IMG/VR virus record: IMGVR_UViG_3300045988_129382
Span: 96,001 to 160,000 of that record
DNA length: 64,000 nucleotides
From: a virus
Direction: 5' to 3' (one strand)
The first letter of the stretch is position 1, and each line of letters opens with the position of its first letter. Below, piece by piece: positions 25,783 through 35,885 of the stretch. Made by a program: the position numbers and the translations under genes. Below the pieces are notes generated by a model, which ran no database searches, was not told the DNA's origin, and saw nothing but the letters and a program-made list of their open reading frames with translations.

Positions 25783-26154
25783 ATGTTATTATATTTTGCT
25801 TTGGATGATGAAGACACTTGTTTCCATTCTTCTAAGATTTTTAACAATCTTGAAGACTTATATAAAGAGTTAATGGATTATCGTAAGAATGTACATTTTG
25901 TTTATAGTGTTACATTGTACGTCTATGATACTAATAGCAATAAGGGTTGTACTATTATCATTATGGCTAATGATATTACATCTCTTTCATTTGACGTTTT
26001 AAAGTCATATGTTGGTATTTTTACTGAATATTATTATAGAGATGATATGGTTGTTACATCTATTAAGTGTGATATTGTAGGTGATGGTTGCGGCAACTTT
26101 GGGTATGATTACGTAACAGTTACTTTTGATGATGAGTCTGAATTAAGATTGTAA
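25783..26154 (+). CDS. hypothetical protein
   Basis: 123-aa ORF; RBS taggaga. Confidence 0.6.
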   Translation: MLLYFALDDEDTCFHSSKIFNNLEDLYKELMDYRKNVHFVYSVTLYVYDTNSNKGCTIIIMANDITSLSFDVLKSYVGIFTEYYYRDDMVVTSIKCDIVGDGCGNFGYDYVTVTFDDESELRL

Positions 26155-26215
26155 AGTAGATAAATACGCTAATGTGTGGTACAATAGTACTGTATATTAG
26201 CGTATTTTTATTAGA

Positions 26216-26515
26216 TTGGTGGTGAATTATTTGGTTGAGACAATATTGCAGTTAATTTCTTGTCATTTAATTGGTGATTATGTACTACAGAGTGAGTTCT
26301 TGGCAACAACTAAAGGGGAGAACTATTATCATCTTTTTGTACATTGTTTCTTGTATTGCATACCTTTTTGTGTGTTATTTGGGTTTTCTGTACATATCGT
26401 ATCCATTTTTGTGGTACATTTGATTGTAGATAATCTTAAAGCTAGGTATAATGCAATAAATTATGTTGAAGACCAATTAATTCATTATTTGGTTTTAGTA
26501 CAGTTCTTATTGTAG
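26216..26515 (+). CDS. small integral membrane protein (DUF3307-like HxxGDYxLQ motif)
   Basis: CHLIGDYVLQSEFLA plus three hydrophobic helices. Preceded by hairpin aatacgctaat/attagcgtatt and T-run (about 26166-26211). Confidence 0.5.
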   Translation: MVVNYLVETILQLISCHLIGDYVLQSEFLATTKGENYYHLFVHCFLYCIPFCVLFGFSVHIVSIFVVHLIVDNLKARYNAINYVEDQLIHYLVLVQFLL

Positions 26516-26527
26516 AAAGGTTGGGTT

Positions 26528-27106
26528 TTGGTTTTGGGTATTGATTTGTCTAAAGTATCAATTAATATTAAGGATATTTCTGATGATACAAAGAGAGGTT
26601 TTGAGGTGTGTTCTAGTGGTGTAGAGTTTGATTGTAAGTTACCTACTAGGAGTACTACGCATAGTGCTGGGTATGATTTCTATGCTCCGTATGATGTTGT
26701 AATTCCATCATTATGGAAACAGGTAGGTAAGTATCTATTACATTCATTATTACATTTCTCTCTTAATAGTTATAAAGAAGTTATTAGACCTACAATGATT
26801 AAAACATATATTAAATCATATATGGGAGATGATGAGGTGCTATATATTTATAATCGTTCATCTAGTCCAATCAAGAAAGGTTTGATTTTATCTAACTCCG
26901 TTGGGGTTGTGGATAGCGATTTTTACAACAATGAAGATAATGAGGGTAACATTGGTGTGGCTTTCTATAATTTCTATCCTTTTGATGTTACGATTGAAAA
27001 AGGTGATAGGGTTTGTCAGGGTGTATTCGCTAAATTTTTAAAGGCTACAAATGATACTGTTCTTAACAATACACGTGGTGGTGGTTGTGGTAGTACTGGT
27101 AAATAG
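26528..27106 (+). CDS. dut: dUTP diphosphatase with an internal insertion
   Basis: HSAGYDFYAP, GVVDSDFYNNEDNEGNIGV, GDRVCQGVF, RGGGCGSTGK (trimeric dUTPase motifs 2-5). About 50 extra residues between motifs. Confidence 0.8.
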   Translation: MVLGIDLSKVSINIKDISDDTKRGFEVCSSGVEFDCKLPTRSTTHSAGYDFYAPYDVVIPSLWKQVGKYLLHSLLHFSLNSYKEVIRPTMIKTYIKSYMGDDEVLYIYNRSSSPIKKGLILSNSVGVVDSDFYNNEDNEGNIGVAFYNFYPFDVTIEKGDRVCQGVFAKFLKATNDTVLNNTRGGGCGSTGK

Positions 27107-27123
27107 GTTTTGGTGAGGTAGTT

Positions 27124-27405
27124 ATGGTTCTAAATAAAGTAGAGATTTCATATGATAATATTGAAAATAACAATATTAAATATGATACTAAGAAAGCGTT
27201 GTCTATGATTTTAGATGATGATACAAATAAAGAGGGTACATCTTTTATGATTAACCCTAAGGCTTTAAATTCATTATTGAAAGCCTTAGAGAGTGTTAAT
27301 GCAGTTGATAAGATTGCAATTATACCTACTATTTATAAAGGTGATTGTATGTATATTATCACTAAATGTTTTGGTAGGGTTGATGCTTTATTATGTTCTG
27401 AGTAG
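27124..27405 (+). CDS. hypothetical protein
   Basis: 93-aa ORF; RBS ggtgaggtag. Confidence 0.55.
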   Translation: MVLNKVEISYDNIENNNIKYDTKKALSMILDDDTNKEGTSFMINPKALNSLLKALESVNAVDKIAIIPTIYKGDCMYIITKCFGRVDALLCSE

Positions 27406-27414
27406 GTGGTAGGT

Positions 27415-27972
27415 ATGAAGTATTTTATTTCTGATTTACATCTAAATAAGAATGGTATTAATAAAGTGTCTGGTGTAGATTCACAATTACATAATCATTT
27501 TGTATCTACAATGTGGAATACAGTTATTACAGATGATGATGAGGTCTATATCGTTGGTGGTGTTGGCGATTTATCATTACTAAGCACTTTAAATGGTAGT
27601 AAGATTGTATTGATTGGTAAGTCAGATTTAGATAGGTTCAGTCAGTATGTGTCATCTGTGTCCACTAAGAGGGATGCAATTCTTGATAAGGAAATGTATC
27701 AAACATATTGTAAGAATGAATTTAATGTACAGGTTTTATTTAGAGATACATTAGAAGTCACTTTATGTACTAATGAGATTATTAGGCTGTGTGTTGATTA
27801 TGAAAATGCTACAACGTCTAAGATGTTTACATTGGCTAGTGGTATTGGTAATTATCAGAGGTTATTTGGTAGTGGGATGAATTTAAGTTCATTTGTTAAC
27901 GGCTATAAACCTGTTTCTGAGTATGATATTATTTCAAGTATTCGGAGGGGTTCAGATGAATTACTTTACTAA
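27415..27972 (+). CDS. putative metallophosphoesterase
   Basis: YFISDLHLNKNG and VYIVGGVGD motifs only. ATG 27415 follows aggtggtagg. Confidence 0.45.
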   Translation: MKYFISDLHLNKNGINKVSGVDSQLHNHFVSTMWNTVITDDDEVYIVGGVGDLSLLSTLNGSKIVLIGKSDLDRFSQYVSSVSTKRDAILDKEMYQTYCKNEFNVQVLFRDTLEVTLCTNEIIRLCVDYENATTSKMFTLASGIGNYQRLFGSGMNLSSFVNGYKPVSEYDIISSIRRGSDELLY

Positions 27973-28207
27973 ACATAAAGATAAGTTTCTTAGGTTAGTG
28001 TCTTTATTTATCAAATATCTACTATTTTATATAGCATCTATTGTTTTCTTTGAGTGTTTTCTGTTCTTATTGTCTTTGATTATTGGTTCAGATGCTTATA
28101 TCTCATTTAGAATAATTGTTAATGTAGTAGAGTTCTTTGAGACTGCATTATTTATTATAATGATTCCTATTCTTTTCTTTTGTGAAGTATTCAATGTGGG
28201 TTTTTAG
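27956..28207 (+). CDS. small membrane protein
   Basis: ATG 27956 follows ggagggg. Two to three TM helices. Track start 27893 is less likely. Confidence 0.5.
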   Translation: MNYFTKHKDKFLRLVSLFIKYLLFYIASIVFFECFLFLLSLIIGSDAYISFRIIVNVVEFFETALFIIMIPILFFCEVFNVGF

Positions 28208-28228
28208 GTTAATGGTGGTGATGGTTAA

Positions 28229-28807
28229 TTGGTAGATGGTAAGATACTATTCTTATGTGGTAAGGGTGGTACAGGTAAAGATAGTGTGATGGGTTGTTTG
28301 GTACAGAAATATCCTGATGATTTTGAAAGGTTTGTTATTACAACAACAAGACCTATGCGTGATGGTGAGGTTGATGGTGTTGACTATCATTTCTGCAATA
28401 GGGAAGACTTCGCACGTAAAGTGGTAAATAATGAGTTTTGTATTGTCGAGTATTATAATGTAGTTAATGGCAACTCAAATTATTATGGTGTAGGTGATAT
28501 ACCTAATAATAACGATAAAGTATATGTTCTTTGTGGTACAAATACTCAATATGATAAATTGAAAGCTAGATATGGCGATAGGGTTATTGGTGTGTATCTG
28601 TATAATACAGCATATACAAGTTTAACACGTATGTTATCTAGGCTTAGAGATAGGAAAGAAGCTAATGTGTTAGAGGCTTGTCGTAGGGTATTATCAGATA
28701 GTCAAGATTATATGTATATTGATTTTAAGTCTTTTAATTTATTGATTAATACAGAAGATTGTACATTAGCTGATGAAGTTTCTTTAATACATAAGTTATT
28801 TGAGTAG
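28229..28807 (+). CDS. guanylate-kinase-like nucleoside monophosphate kinase
   Basis: ILFLCGKGGTGKDS (P-loop) and ITTTRPMRDGEVDGVDYHF (Gmk TTR.PR.GE.DG.DY.F motif). TTG start. Confidence 0.7.
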   Translation: MVDGKILFLCGKGGTGKDSVMGCLVQKYPDDFERFVITTTRPMRDGEVDGVDYHFCNREDFARKVVNNEFCIVEYYNVVNGNSNYYGVGDIPNNNDKVYVLCGTNTQYDKLKARYGDRVIGVYLYNTAYTSLTRMLSRLRDRKEANVLEACRRVLSDSQDYMYIDFKSFNLLINTEDCTLADEVSLIHKLFE

Positions 28808-28818
28808 AGAGGTGTTCT

Positions 28819-29739
28819 ATGAAGGTAGCTTATTTAAGTGATATTCGGATTAATAATCTTGTGGGAGAAGAGACTTGGCTTAATGAGTCCTTTGATTATT
28901 TTAGTTCAATTATGGCTCAGTTTATTAGTCGTTATTCTGATACGATTGATTATTTAATTCTAAATGGTGGGATATATTCTGATAGTACTAGATTTCTTGA
29001 ATTTGTTGATTTTCTAGACACTTCGTTTACATCTCATGATATACATACAAAAGTACTTTTTAATGTAAGTAATATAGAGTATTATAGTAATTCAGTCTTT
29101 GTAGATAAGGTAGGTCAGTTTTATGATACTGATAAGAAGTTTAAAAATCATAGATTATATCTACCACGTAATCCTATCATAACTAAAGATACATGGATAT
29201 TTGGTGTTGATACATGGTATGACTATTCTCTATATAGAGGTAAACCTATTTCTTTAAAAGATATTACTAAGAAAGATAATCGTGGTTTCTTTGGTAAGTT
29301 GTTTAATAAACGAGTTAACCTAGATAACTTTAATATAACAGATGAGAGTGATTATGCTTTTGGGTTACAAAATACTTTTGATGTGAAGCATACAAATGAT
29401 TGTGTAGATTCCTTTAGGCATATATGTGATAGGTATGATAGAACTATTGCACAACCCACTAACAAAGTTGCTTGTGGTTATTTTTATAGCAATGCTTTGT
29501 TTTTAAGTGATAATCCTAAAAGGGATGGGTATAATGATGCTTTCAGTGGTAGCTTTAAGTTTGATGATACATTTAAATCTCATGGTATCACTGAGTATGT
29601 GTGTGGGAAAGCAAGTTCTTATCGTAGTCATATTACTATGGATGGTATTATGTATAGGAATAGTGCTACAACATTACGTAAAAAAGGTTTCATTACAACA
29701 GATTGTGTGTTAGGTGATGTGTTGGTAGTTGATTATTGA
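28819..29739 (+). CDS. hypothetical protein (degenerate phosphoesterase-like N-terminus)
   Basis: 306-aa ORF. KVAYLSDIRIN / ILNGGIYSD resemble metallophosphoesterase motifs, but the His is replaced. Confidence 0.55.
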   Translation: MKVAYLSDIRINNLVGEETWLNESFDYFSSIMAQFISRYSDTIDYLILNGGIYSDSTRFLEFVDFLDTSFTSHDIHTKVLFNVSNIEYYSNSVFVDKVGQFYDTDKKFKNHRLYLPRNPIITKDTWIFGVDTWYDYSLYRGKPISLKDITKKDNRGFFGKLFNKRVNLDNFNITDESDYAFGLQNTFDVKHTNDCVDSFRHICDRYDRTIAQPTNKVACGYFYSNALFLSDNPKRDGYNDAFSGSFKFDDTFKSHGITEYVCGKASSYRSHITMDGIMYRNSATTLRKKGFITTDCVLGDVLVVDY

Positions 29740-29785
29740 TAATTGTTATCAACGCTGATTTGGTTTAGGTTAATGGTGGTAGCTT

Positions 29786-30586
29786 ATGAAAGTTATTGAC
29801 GTAGATAGTATTTTAGAACATAAGAAGAGTATAGCGTACAATACTAATAATGAGAGATACTTATCTAAGCTAGAGGTTTTACAGGTTTTATATGATGAGT
29901 TACCTAGTGTTTGTGATTTACGTGCTGATAGTGTGTTAGATTCTAGTAAGTATGTTCAACTAGCTAGACACTATATCTATAAGAATTATCGGTTACTTAG
30001 GTATAGTGATATTAATAAGTTAGGGTTAAAAAACTCTTTGACTCCTTTTCATCATAACTTTATTAAAAATATGGGTGGTGCTGTGTTGGTTATTTTTAAT
30101 ACACTAAATAATAAACCAGTATCATGTGTATTTAGGGGAATAACAGAAAAAGAGTTCATAGATTATAGTGCATTACAATCTATGTATGGCTTTGATATGA
30201 TAGACCCTAATTTTAAGTATGGTGATTGGATAGTTATTGTTGAGGGTTTATATGACGCTGATGTATTGCGTTCAATATATCCTAATGTGTTAGCAATGCA
30301 GACATCTAATGTTAACTCATTACAGGGCGAGATATTGTTATCTATGACAAATAAATTTATTGTAGCATTTGACAGCGATACAGCTGGTAGTGTTGGTTTT
30401 GATAAAGCGTATCATAGGTTAAAACGTGACAATACAATCGTACAAAGGTTACAAGTGTATGGAAATGATAAAGACGTTGGCATGTTGGAAGAGTTTATAC
30501 ATAATAATGATGAATATTCTAAACGTAAGACGTATTATACAAATACAATAGATGAATTAAGGAAAGGTAGTATACTGGGATGGTAG
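29786..30586 (+). CDS. Toprim-domain protein (DnaG-type primase-like)
   Basis: WIVIVEGLYDADVL (Toprim Glu) and FIVAFDSDTAGSVGFDKA (DxD). Confidence 0.6.
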   Translation: MKVIDVDSILEHKKSIAYNTNNERYLSKLEVLQVLYDELPSVCDLRADSVLDSSKYVQLARHYIYKNYRLLRYSDINKLGLKNSLTPFHHNFIKNMGGAVLVIFNTLNNKPVSCVFRGITEKEFIDYSALQSMYGFDMIDPNFKYGDWIVIVEGLYDADVLRSIYPNVLAMQTSNVNSLQGEILLSMTNKFIVAFDSDTAGSVGFDKAYHRLKRDNTIVQRLQVYGNDKDVGMLEEFIHNNDEYSKRKTYYTNTIDELRKGSILGW

Positions 30587-31005
30587 ACAATCAAGATACA
30601 AAACAAGATAAAAAAGTAGTTGCTTTTGCTGATAAAGGTAGTAAAGAGTTAAATCATAGCGTTAAACGTAAAGAGTTTGTTGAGGTTATGGAACAGATTT
30701 TTGAGCGTATGAATGAGACAAATCATTATTTGATGGAAGATATCAATTCTATGTACGCTAATCAAGTATTCCCTGTACAAATGGGACATGCTGTAATTGA
30801 GGAGTTGTTGGTTGAAAAAGGTATTATCACTAAAGAAGAGATTGATGAGGCTTTAGAAAAACGTAAACAACAGTTATTAGAAAAAGCTAAGGCGATTAAA
30901 ACAAATGAAAATGGCGATGAAGAGTTAGCTAATGATGAGGAGTCTAAGGCTATTGAAAATGAAGCTGTTTTAAATGCTATGGCTGATACAGAAAGCACTA
31001 CATAA
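30580..31005 (+). CDS. hypothetical acidic coiled-coil protein
   Basis: 141-aa ORF overlapping the previous stop. Confidence 0.55.
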   Translation: MVDNQDTKQDKKVVAFADKGSKELNHSVKRKEFVEVMEQIFERMNETNHYLMEDINSMYANQVFPVQMGHAVIEELLVEKGIITKEEIDEALEKRKQQLLEKAKAIKTNENGDEELANDEESKAIENEAVLNAMADTESTT

Positions 31006-31031
31006 GATAAATAAAAAATATAAGTTTACAT

Positions 31032-31064
31032 AATGCATAGTTGAGATATACTATGCATTTTTTG
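31032..31064 (+). terminator. rho-independent terminator
   Basis: aatgcatag ... ctatgcatt stem followed by tttttt. Confidence 0.75.
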
Positions 31065-31079
31065 TTGTAGGTGGTGTAT

Positions 31080-32288
31080 ATGGGCGATAAAGTTTTTAGT
31101 AATAATATACGACTAAAGTATAATTATGATAGGGATAAGGTTGGTAATACTGTATTTAGACCATATGTCTATGATAGTAATGGTACTACTAATTTTCCCG
31201 GTAGTTTCTCTAATATAGAGATGGTACATCCGTTGAATAGTCCTGATAATGGATTTAAGTTACGTTATGACTTTGCTAGTAAAGATAATATACAAGGTGG
31301 TAAGAGACGTTTCTTATTTTTTAAGGGTACAAATGGTGTAAATTCAATGTTTTCTGCATCTGATAGTAATATGGTTAACGATGTGCGTATTAATAGTAAT
31401 TTTTCAATTTCGATGCAAGCAAAGAATTTAAATGATTATATTATCCTTAAACATGATTTAAGGTTTGATAAAGGAACATTGAAGTATAAAGATACAAATA
31501 ATAGAATTTATACTGTTGAGGGACTAGGTAATTTTGCAAGTGAAACTGACTATAAGTCTAGAGATAAATTTTATGGCTATGGTCAGCCTGTTTCATATCA
31601 GTCTTTTAATATCGATAGTAATGGTAAAAACACTAATCGATATATCACTCCTGATATAGACGTGTTTAAGAATAGTGGTTATTCATGTTTCATGTTGTTA
31701 GTTCATTTTACTATTAGGTTAAAAACTTACAGTGGTGATTGGGGTACTTTTACTATGTATTGTTTTGTACCTGTGTGTTTTTATGATTTAGGTGTATTGA
31801 ATAATGGTAATAGTTCAAGTAATTGGGGTTTAGGGGCTAAGTTAAATTCTGGTGATAGTTATTCATATTCTTCATCAATATCTATCCAGAACATGCTAGG
31901 TACTACTTTAGATGAGAAAATTTGGGGTGGTAATGGTGTCAACTTATTTAGTGGTAAAATTACAAACAACTTAGAATATGCTAGGTCTATTCCTGATGTG
32001 TATTGGACTACTCCTAATGGTAGAGATGGTACAAGAGGTATTTTTTTACCATCTGATTACAACCCAAATTATAATAATTCACCTTTTATTGAAGGTATAC
32101 CTAATATAAAGGTAACAGCGTATCATATGAGTGAAATGAGCTATAAGTATTATATGTATGGTGATGGTCAGTCTTTGTGGAGAGGCAAAGAGGGTAATAT
32201 GACTAAGTATATGGTTAAGTGGTATCCTGCCAGTGACGTTGAAGTCGCAAACCCTGAATACTTCTCAGAGCATAACTATGTCTATTAG
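31080..32288 (+). CDS. hypothetical protein (Asn/Gly/Tyr-rich, beta-rich)
   Basis: About 400-aa ORF. ATG 31080 follows aggtgg. Confidence 0.65.
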   Translation: MGDKVFSNNIRLKYNYDRDKVGNTVFRPYVYDSNGTTNFPGSFSNIEMVHPLNSPDNGFKLRYDFASKDNIQGGKRRFLFFKGTNGVNSMFSASDSNMVNDVRINSNFSISMQAKNLNDYIILKHDLRFDKGTLKYKDTNNRIYTVEGLGNFASETDYKSRDKFYGYGQPVSYQSFNIDSNGKNTNRYITPDIDVFKNSGYSCFMLLVHFTIRLKTYSGDWGTFTMYCFVPVCFYDLGVLNNGNSSSNWGLGAKLNSGDSYSYSSSISIQNMLGTTLDEKIWGGNGVNLFSGKITNNLEYARSIPDVYWTTPNGRDGTRGIFLPSDYNPNYNNSPFIEGIPNIKVTAYHMSEMSYKYYMYGDGQSLWRGKEGNMTKYMVKWYPASDVEVANPEYFSEHNYVY

Positions 32289-32499
32289 GGTTTATATACT
32301 ATATATCTAGAGGTGTATAATATATAATATTATAGTAAAGTTTCACATTGTAACATTTTGTAAGATATTGTAATATTTAGTAAATTATGGTCTTTATCTT
32401 GTTGTAATGTTTAGTAATGTTGTGTTATGTAAAATATACAATTTATAAGGTTTAATTTCTTTATTTGTGTATATATTTAATAAAGGTATACGAGGTAAT

Positions 32500-35259
32500 A
32501 TGGAAGAGTTATTTAAGGATAGGGAGATTCGTAAGTATATTAATGAATCTCTAGCTAATGCTGTGTATGATGACGTACAGACTAAAGAGTGTGAGGTATG
32601 TCATACACAAGCTAAGAATACATATGAGATAGATGGTCATATTGTATGTGATAGGTGTATTAATTTCATTAAGTTTTTACGAGATGATTTTGATGTATTG
32701 TTTAATAGTAAACAGGATGTATGGTCTAATGTACAGGTTAGGTATGATTCTTTAACAGAGGGATATTTTACTCCTAATATTGAGAAATTATATGATACAG
32801 CTAAAAAGTCATTTGGTGGTGATATCACTAAATTGATTAAATCTTATGGTATTAAAACTAATAAGGATTTATGCACTAGGTTATATAAGGGTGAGTTATT
32901 CATTGATAATAAACAATTAGCTAAACCTAGTAAGTTTAATCGTTTTATTGATGATTTTGATGTAAGGTTTAATACAGCTGTTGGTTATAAGGCTATTGTA
33001 CCTGATAGTGATGGGTATGTAGCTAAGTATAGTACAGTGGGTAAGAATGATGCATTTATTAGGGATAATATAGATTTCATTAAGAAGAACGCTAGTGAAG
33101 TATTGAAGGATATTGTAAAACCTACTATACGGAATTCTAATGACCAATCTGATTATGATGAGATTGTTAATTTAAGTGGTAGTGGTAACTCTAGTAAAGT
33201 ACAGAAGAGTACTGTTGCACAGGCTCCTAAGAGTGGTAGTACGATTGGTAGTGGTCAGAATACATCTTCTGCTACTAATGTAAAGACTTCAAAGGCTAGT
33301 GGTAATACAAATGACTTTGAGATTCCTTTGGGTAAAGATGGGTTTGCTTTACGATATACAAGGAATGATACACAGTCTAAACTTCAAAAAGGTGTAGTAG
33401 AGTATCATTGTACATTTAATTATAAGAGTAAGACAATTAGTCATATTGATGTAGATATTGTATCTATTGATGATTTTGATGAAATTACTAAGAACGCATT
33501 TAAGTGTACTAAGTTATATAAGTTGTTACCATTTATGAGTGATGATGGCGATTATATTGTAGATATTGATACAGAGGGTATCGTTACTCATTTAGAGTTA
33601 GATGTAGATAATATTCAAAAGAATGGGTTTGTATTTAAGATTTTAAATCATACTAAATCATTTGATAAGGATACAGTAAAGATTATTGACCCAGTAGTTA
33701 TTACATCATATAGTAAGTTTAATGCATATATCTCTAAGTATATTCTTATGAGTATAGGGAAGGATTTCAATGCATTTGTAAATGTTAAATCTAATACTAT
33801 TTATACTTCTTTAGGTAAGGTAGAGTGGTATCTATCTGATTTAACTGATAAGGGTATTCTTGTTGAGTTAGTATATGGTAGTCGAAGTGCTACAGTGGAA
33901 GTAACTAAGAATACAGATAATGTAGGTCTAGTAGATTTATGTTTACGTGGGTTGTTAATTAGGAATCAAGATGTATTTGATACATTATTTGGTAATAACT
34001 CATTATCTTCTATGAGGAGCATTAAAGTAACATCTAAAGTAAATCCTAATATTACAGTAGAGTGGTTATTGGACGCAGATACAGTACAAGCATTTATTGT
34101 GAGTGGTGAGTTAGCATTACAAGGTAGTTTTGATTCTAATGCATTAACTTCATTTAGTGTGTCTAGTTGTAAGACATTGCAAAAAGACATTGAGCGATAT
34201 ACTGATGATGTATTATATCGAGATGGGTATGTACAGAAGAGTAATAATGCAGTCATTACTAATTGGTTTAAATATCGTGATGCAAGTGATACAAGGTTAA
34301 AAGTATTATATCGTCAAATTGAAAATAATCTTAAAGCTACATATGATAAATTAGATGATAGACTTGATTTCAAGGTTGAGCGATTGGTAGTAACACATAG
34401 TGGTAACATTGTTGAGTGTGTATTTTCTATTGTAGACAATGAAGGTGTATATCAAGATTTAGATACAATGAGGAAAGACTTGTCATTAAAGTTACCAGAT
34501 TATTATCATATGTCTGAATCTAATGATAATAATGGTTCATACTATGTACAGTATATAGTAAGTGATGATGACGATATTGAAAAATTCGCTAGTGATATTG
34601 AATCATCTGTGTTAGAGGGTTTGTTTAGATTACATGCTACAGAGATTAATGAGGGTTGTGGTTACACTCTTATAGGTGAGGGTAAAGCAATTCCTGTTAA
34701 TGAATCTACAGATAGCAATAAAACACATGCTGAATTAGAAGATGAAGATAATGATACTGAAGAGGGTACAGATGTTGGGGGTGTTTCTACACCAATTGGT
34801 ACACTTCATAGTACAGATGGTAGAGGAGTAGGTTCTTTGGAAACAAATAAGAAAATTGATGCAATTAGTTTTGATGATGTAGTTGTGGAAGAGGTCATTT
34901 CTGAGGTTGCTTATAAAGTAACTACTAAGAATGGTAAAAAAGTTAAAGTTAAGATGACTCCTATGGAGGAGAAAAAGGCTAAGGCTAAACGTAAAGCTTA
35001 TTACGAAGAGCAAGCTAAGAAAGAAGGCAATAAAATACGTTCTAGTAAAGTTGGTAAGCAGAATAAAAAACTAGCCAATGACTTAGCCAAACGAGCTGAA
35101 TCTGATAAAATGAGAGAGTTTCATAAAAAAGAGAAAAGTCATGAGTTAATGAAGGCTAGGAAGGAAAAGATGAGAAAACTCAGGAGTGGTACTGCTAAAG
35201 AACGTAGAAGTGTAAGGAAAGAACTGTCTAAGTCTAGGATGAGTGATAGTACTTTATAA
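32500..35259 (+). CDS. large hypothetical protein with N-terminal CxxC...CxxC and Lys/Arg-rich C-terminal tail
   Basis: ATG 32500 follows gaggtaat. CEVCHTQ...CDRC near the N-terminus. The last ~130 aa are strongly basic (KKAKAKRKAYYEEQAKK...RKEKMRKLRSG...). Confidence 0.7.
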   Translation: MEELFKDREIRKYINESLANAVYDDVQTKECEVCHTQAKNTYEIDGHIVCDRCINFIKFLRDDFDVLFNSKQDVWSNVQVRYDSLTEGYFTPNIEKLYDTAKKSFGGDITKLIKSYGIKTNKDLCTRLYKGELFIDNKQLAKPSKFNRFIDDFDVRFNTAVGYKAIVPDSDGYVAKYSTVGKNDAFIRDNIDFIKKNASEVLKDIVKPTIRNSNDQSDYDEIVNLSGSGNSSKVQKSTVAQAPKSGSTIGSGQNTSSATNVKTSKASGNTNDFEIPLGKDGFALRYTRNDTQSKLQKGVVEYHCTFNYKSKTISHIDVDIVSIDDFDEITKNAFKCTKLYKLLPFMSDDGDYIVDIDTEGIVTHLELDVDNIQKNGFVFKILNHTKSFDKDTVKIIDPVVITSYSKFNAYISKYILMSIGKDFNAFVNVKSNTIYTSLGKVEWYLSDLTDKGILVELVYGSRSATVEVTKNTDNVGLVDLCLRGLLIRNQDVFDTLFGNNSLSSMRSIKVTSKVNPNITVEWLLDADTVQAFIVSGELALQGSFDSNALTSFSVSSCKTLQKDIERYTDDVLYRDGYVQKSNNAVITNWFKYRDASDTRLKVLYRQIENNLKATYDKLDDRLDFKVERLVVTHSGNIVECVFSIVDNEGVYQDLDTMRKDLSLKLPDYYHMSESNDNNGSYYVQYIVSDDDDIEKFASDIESSVLEGLFRLHATEINEGCGYTLIGEGKAIPVNESTDSNKTHAELEDEDNDTEEGTDVGGVSTPIGTLHSTDGRGVGSLETNKKIDAISFDDVVVEEVISEVAYKVTTKNGKKVKVKMTPMEEKKAKAKRKAYYEEQAKKEGNKIRSSKVGKQNKKLANDLAKRAESDKMREFHKKEKSHELMKARKEKMRKLRSGTAKERRSVRKELSKSRMSDSTL

Positions 35260-35277
35260 TAGTAATATTTAATAATC

Positions 35278-35321
35278 ATACTGTACTGTATAGTTGTATA
35301 ATTGTACAGTACAGTATTTTT
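35278..35321 (+). terminator. rho-independent terminator
   Basis: 13-bp stem atactgtactgta/tacagtacagtat followed by ttttt. Confidence 0.8.
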
Positions 35322-35358
35322 AATATATAAGGTGTTTTAATTTTGTGTGGGGTAATTA

Positions 35359-35883
35359 ATGAAGATTGTATTTACCAATAGTGATATGACTATTGATGAT
35401 ACTAATGCATATAATATTTCTGAAAGTAAAGAAGAGGATACAACTGAAACAGAAGAGGTTGTAGACGATACTTCTAATCAAGAGGATATGGGTACAGAAG
35501 ATAATACAAATAAATTAAGTCAAGATGAGTTAGAGGCTTTACGTGATGGTAAGGCTATTACGTGTCCTGAGTGTGGTAGTACTAATATTAATATTCATGA
35601 TAATGGTGAGTCTTATTTCTGCACTGACTGTGAGTATTCATGGGATGTGCGTGATGCTGATGATGATGGTATTGATGATGATGCTGATGATTACATTGAT
35701 TCTATGGTAGAAGAGTTAGATGAATCATATCAATTAATCGGCAATACTTATACATTACAGGATGGTAGTAGTGTGTATGTAATTTCTAATGAGGGTAGTT
35801 CTTTTGAGGTATTGGATATCGATAGTACAGATAGGTATACAATACAAGAGAGTGTATTATTAAGTAAGGTAGGGGTTAAATAG
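35359..35883 (+). CDS. acidic protein with zinc ribbon
   Basis: CPECGS...CTDCEY flanked by Asp/Glu-rich stretches. Confidence 0.6.
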   Translation: MKIVFTNSDMTIDDTNAYNISESKEEDTTETEEVVDDTSNQEDMGTEDNTNKLSQDELEALRDGKAITCPECGSTNINIHDNGESYFCTDCEYSWDVRDADDDGIDDDADDYIDSMVEELDESYQLIGNTYTLQDGSSVYVISNEGSSFEVLDIDSTDRYTIQESVLLSKVGVK

Positions 35884-35885
35884 AT

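Noticed and set aside
28819-29739. Calling this 306-aa protein a metallophosphoesterase.
   Set aside because: Only the first motif is vaguely present and its His is replaced (LSDIRIN). The later GNH(D/E) and GH motifs were not found. It is left as hypothetical.
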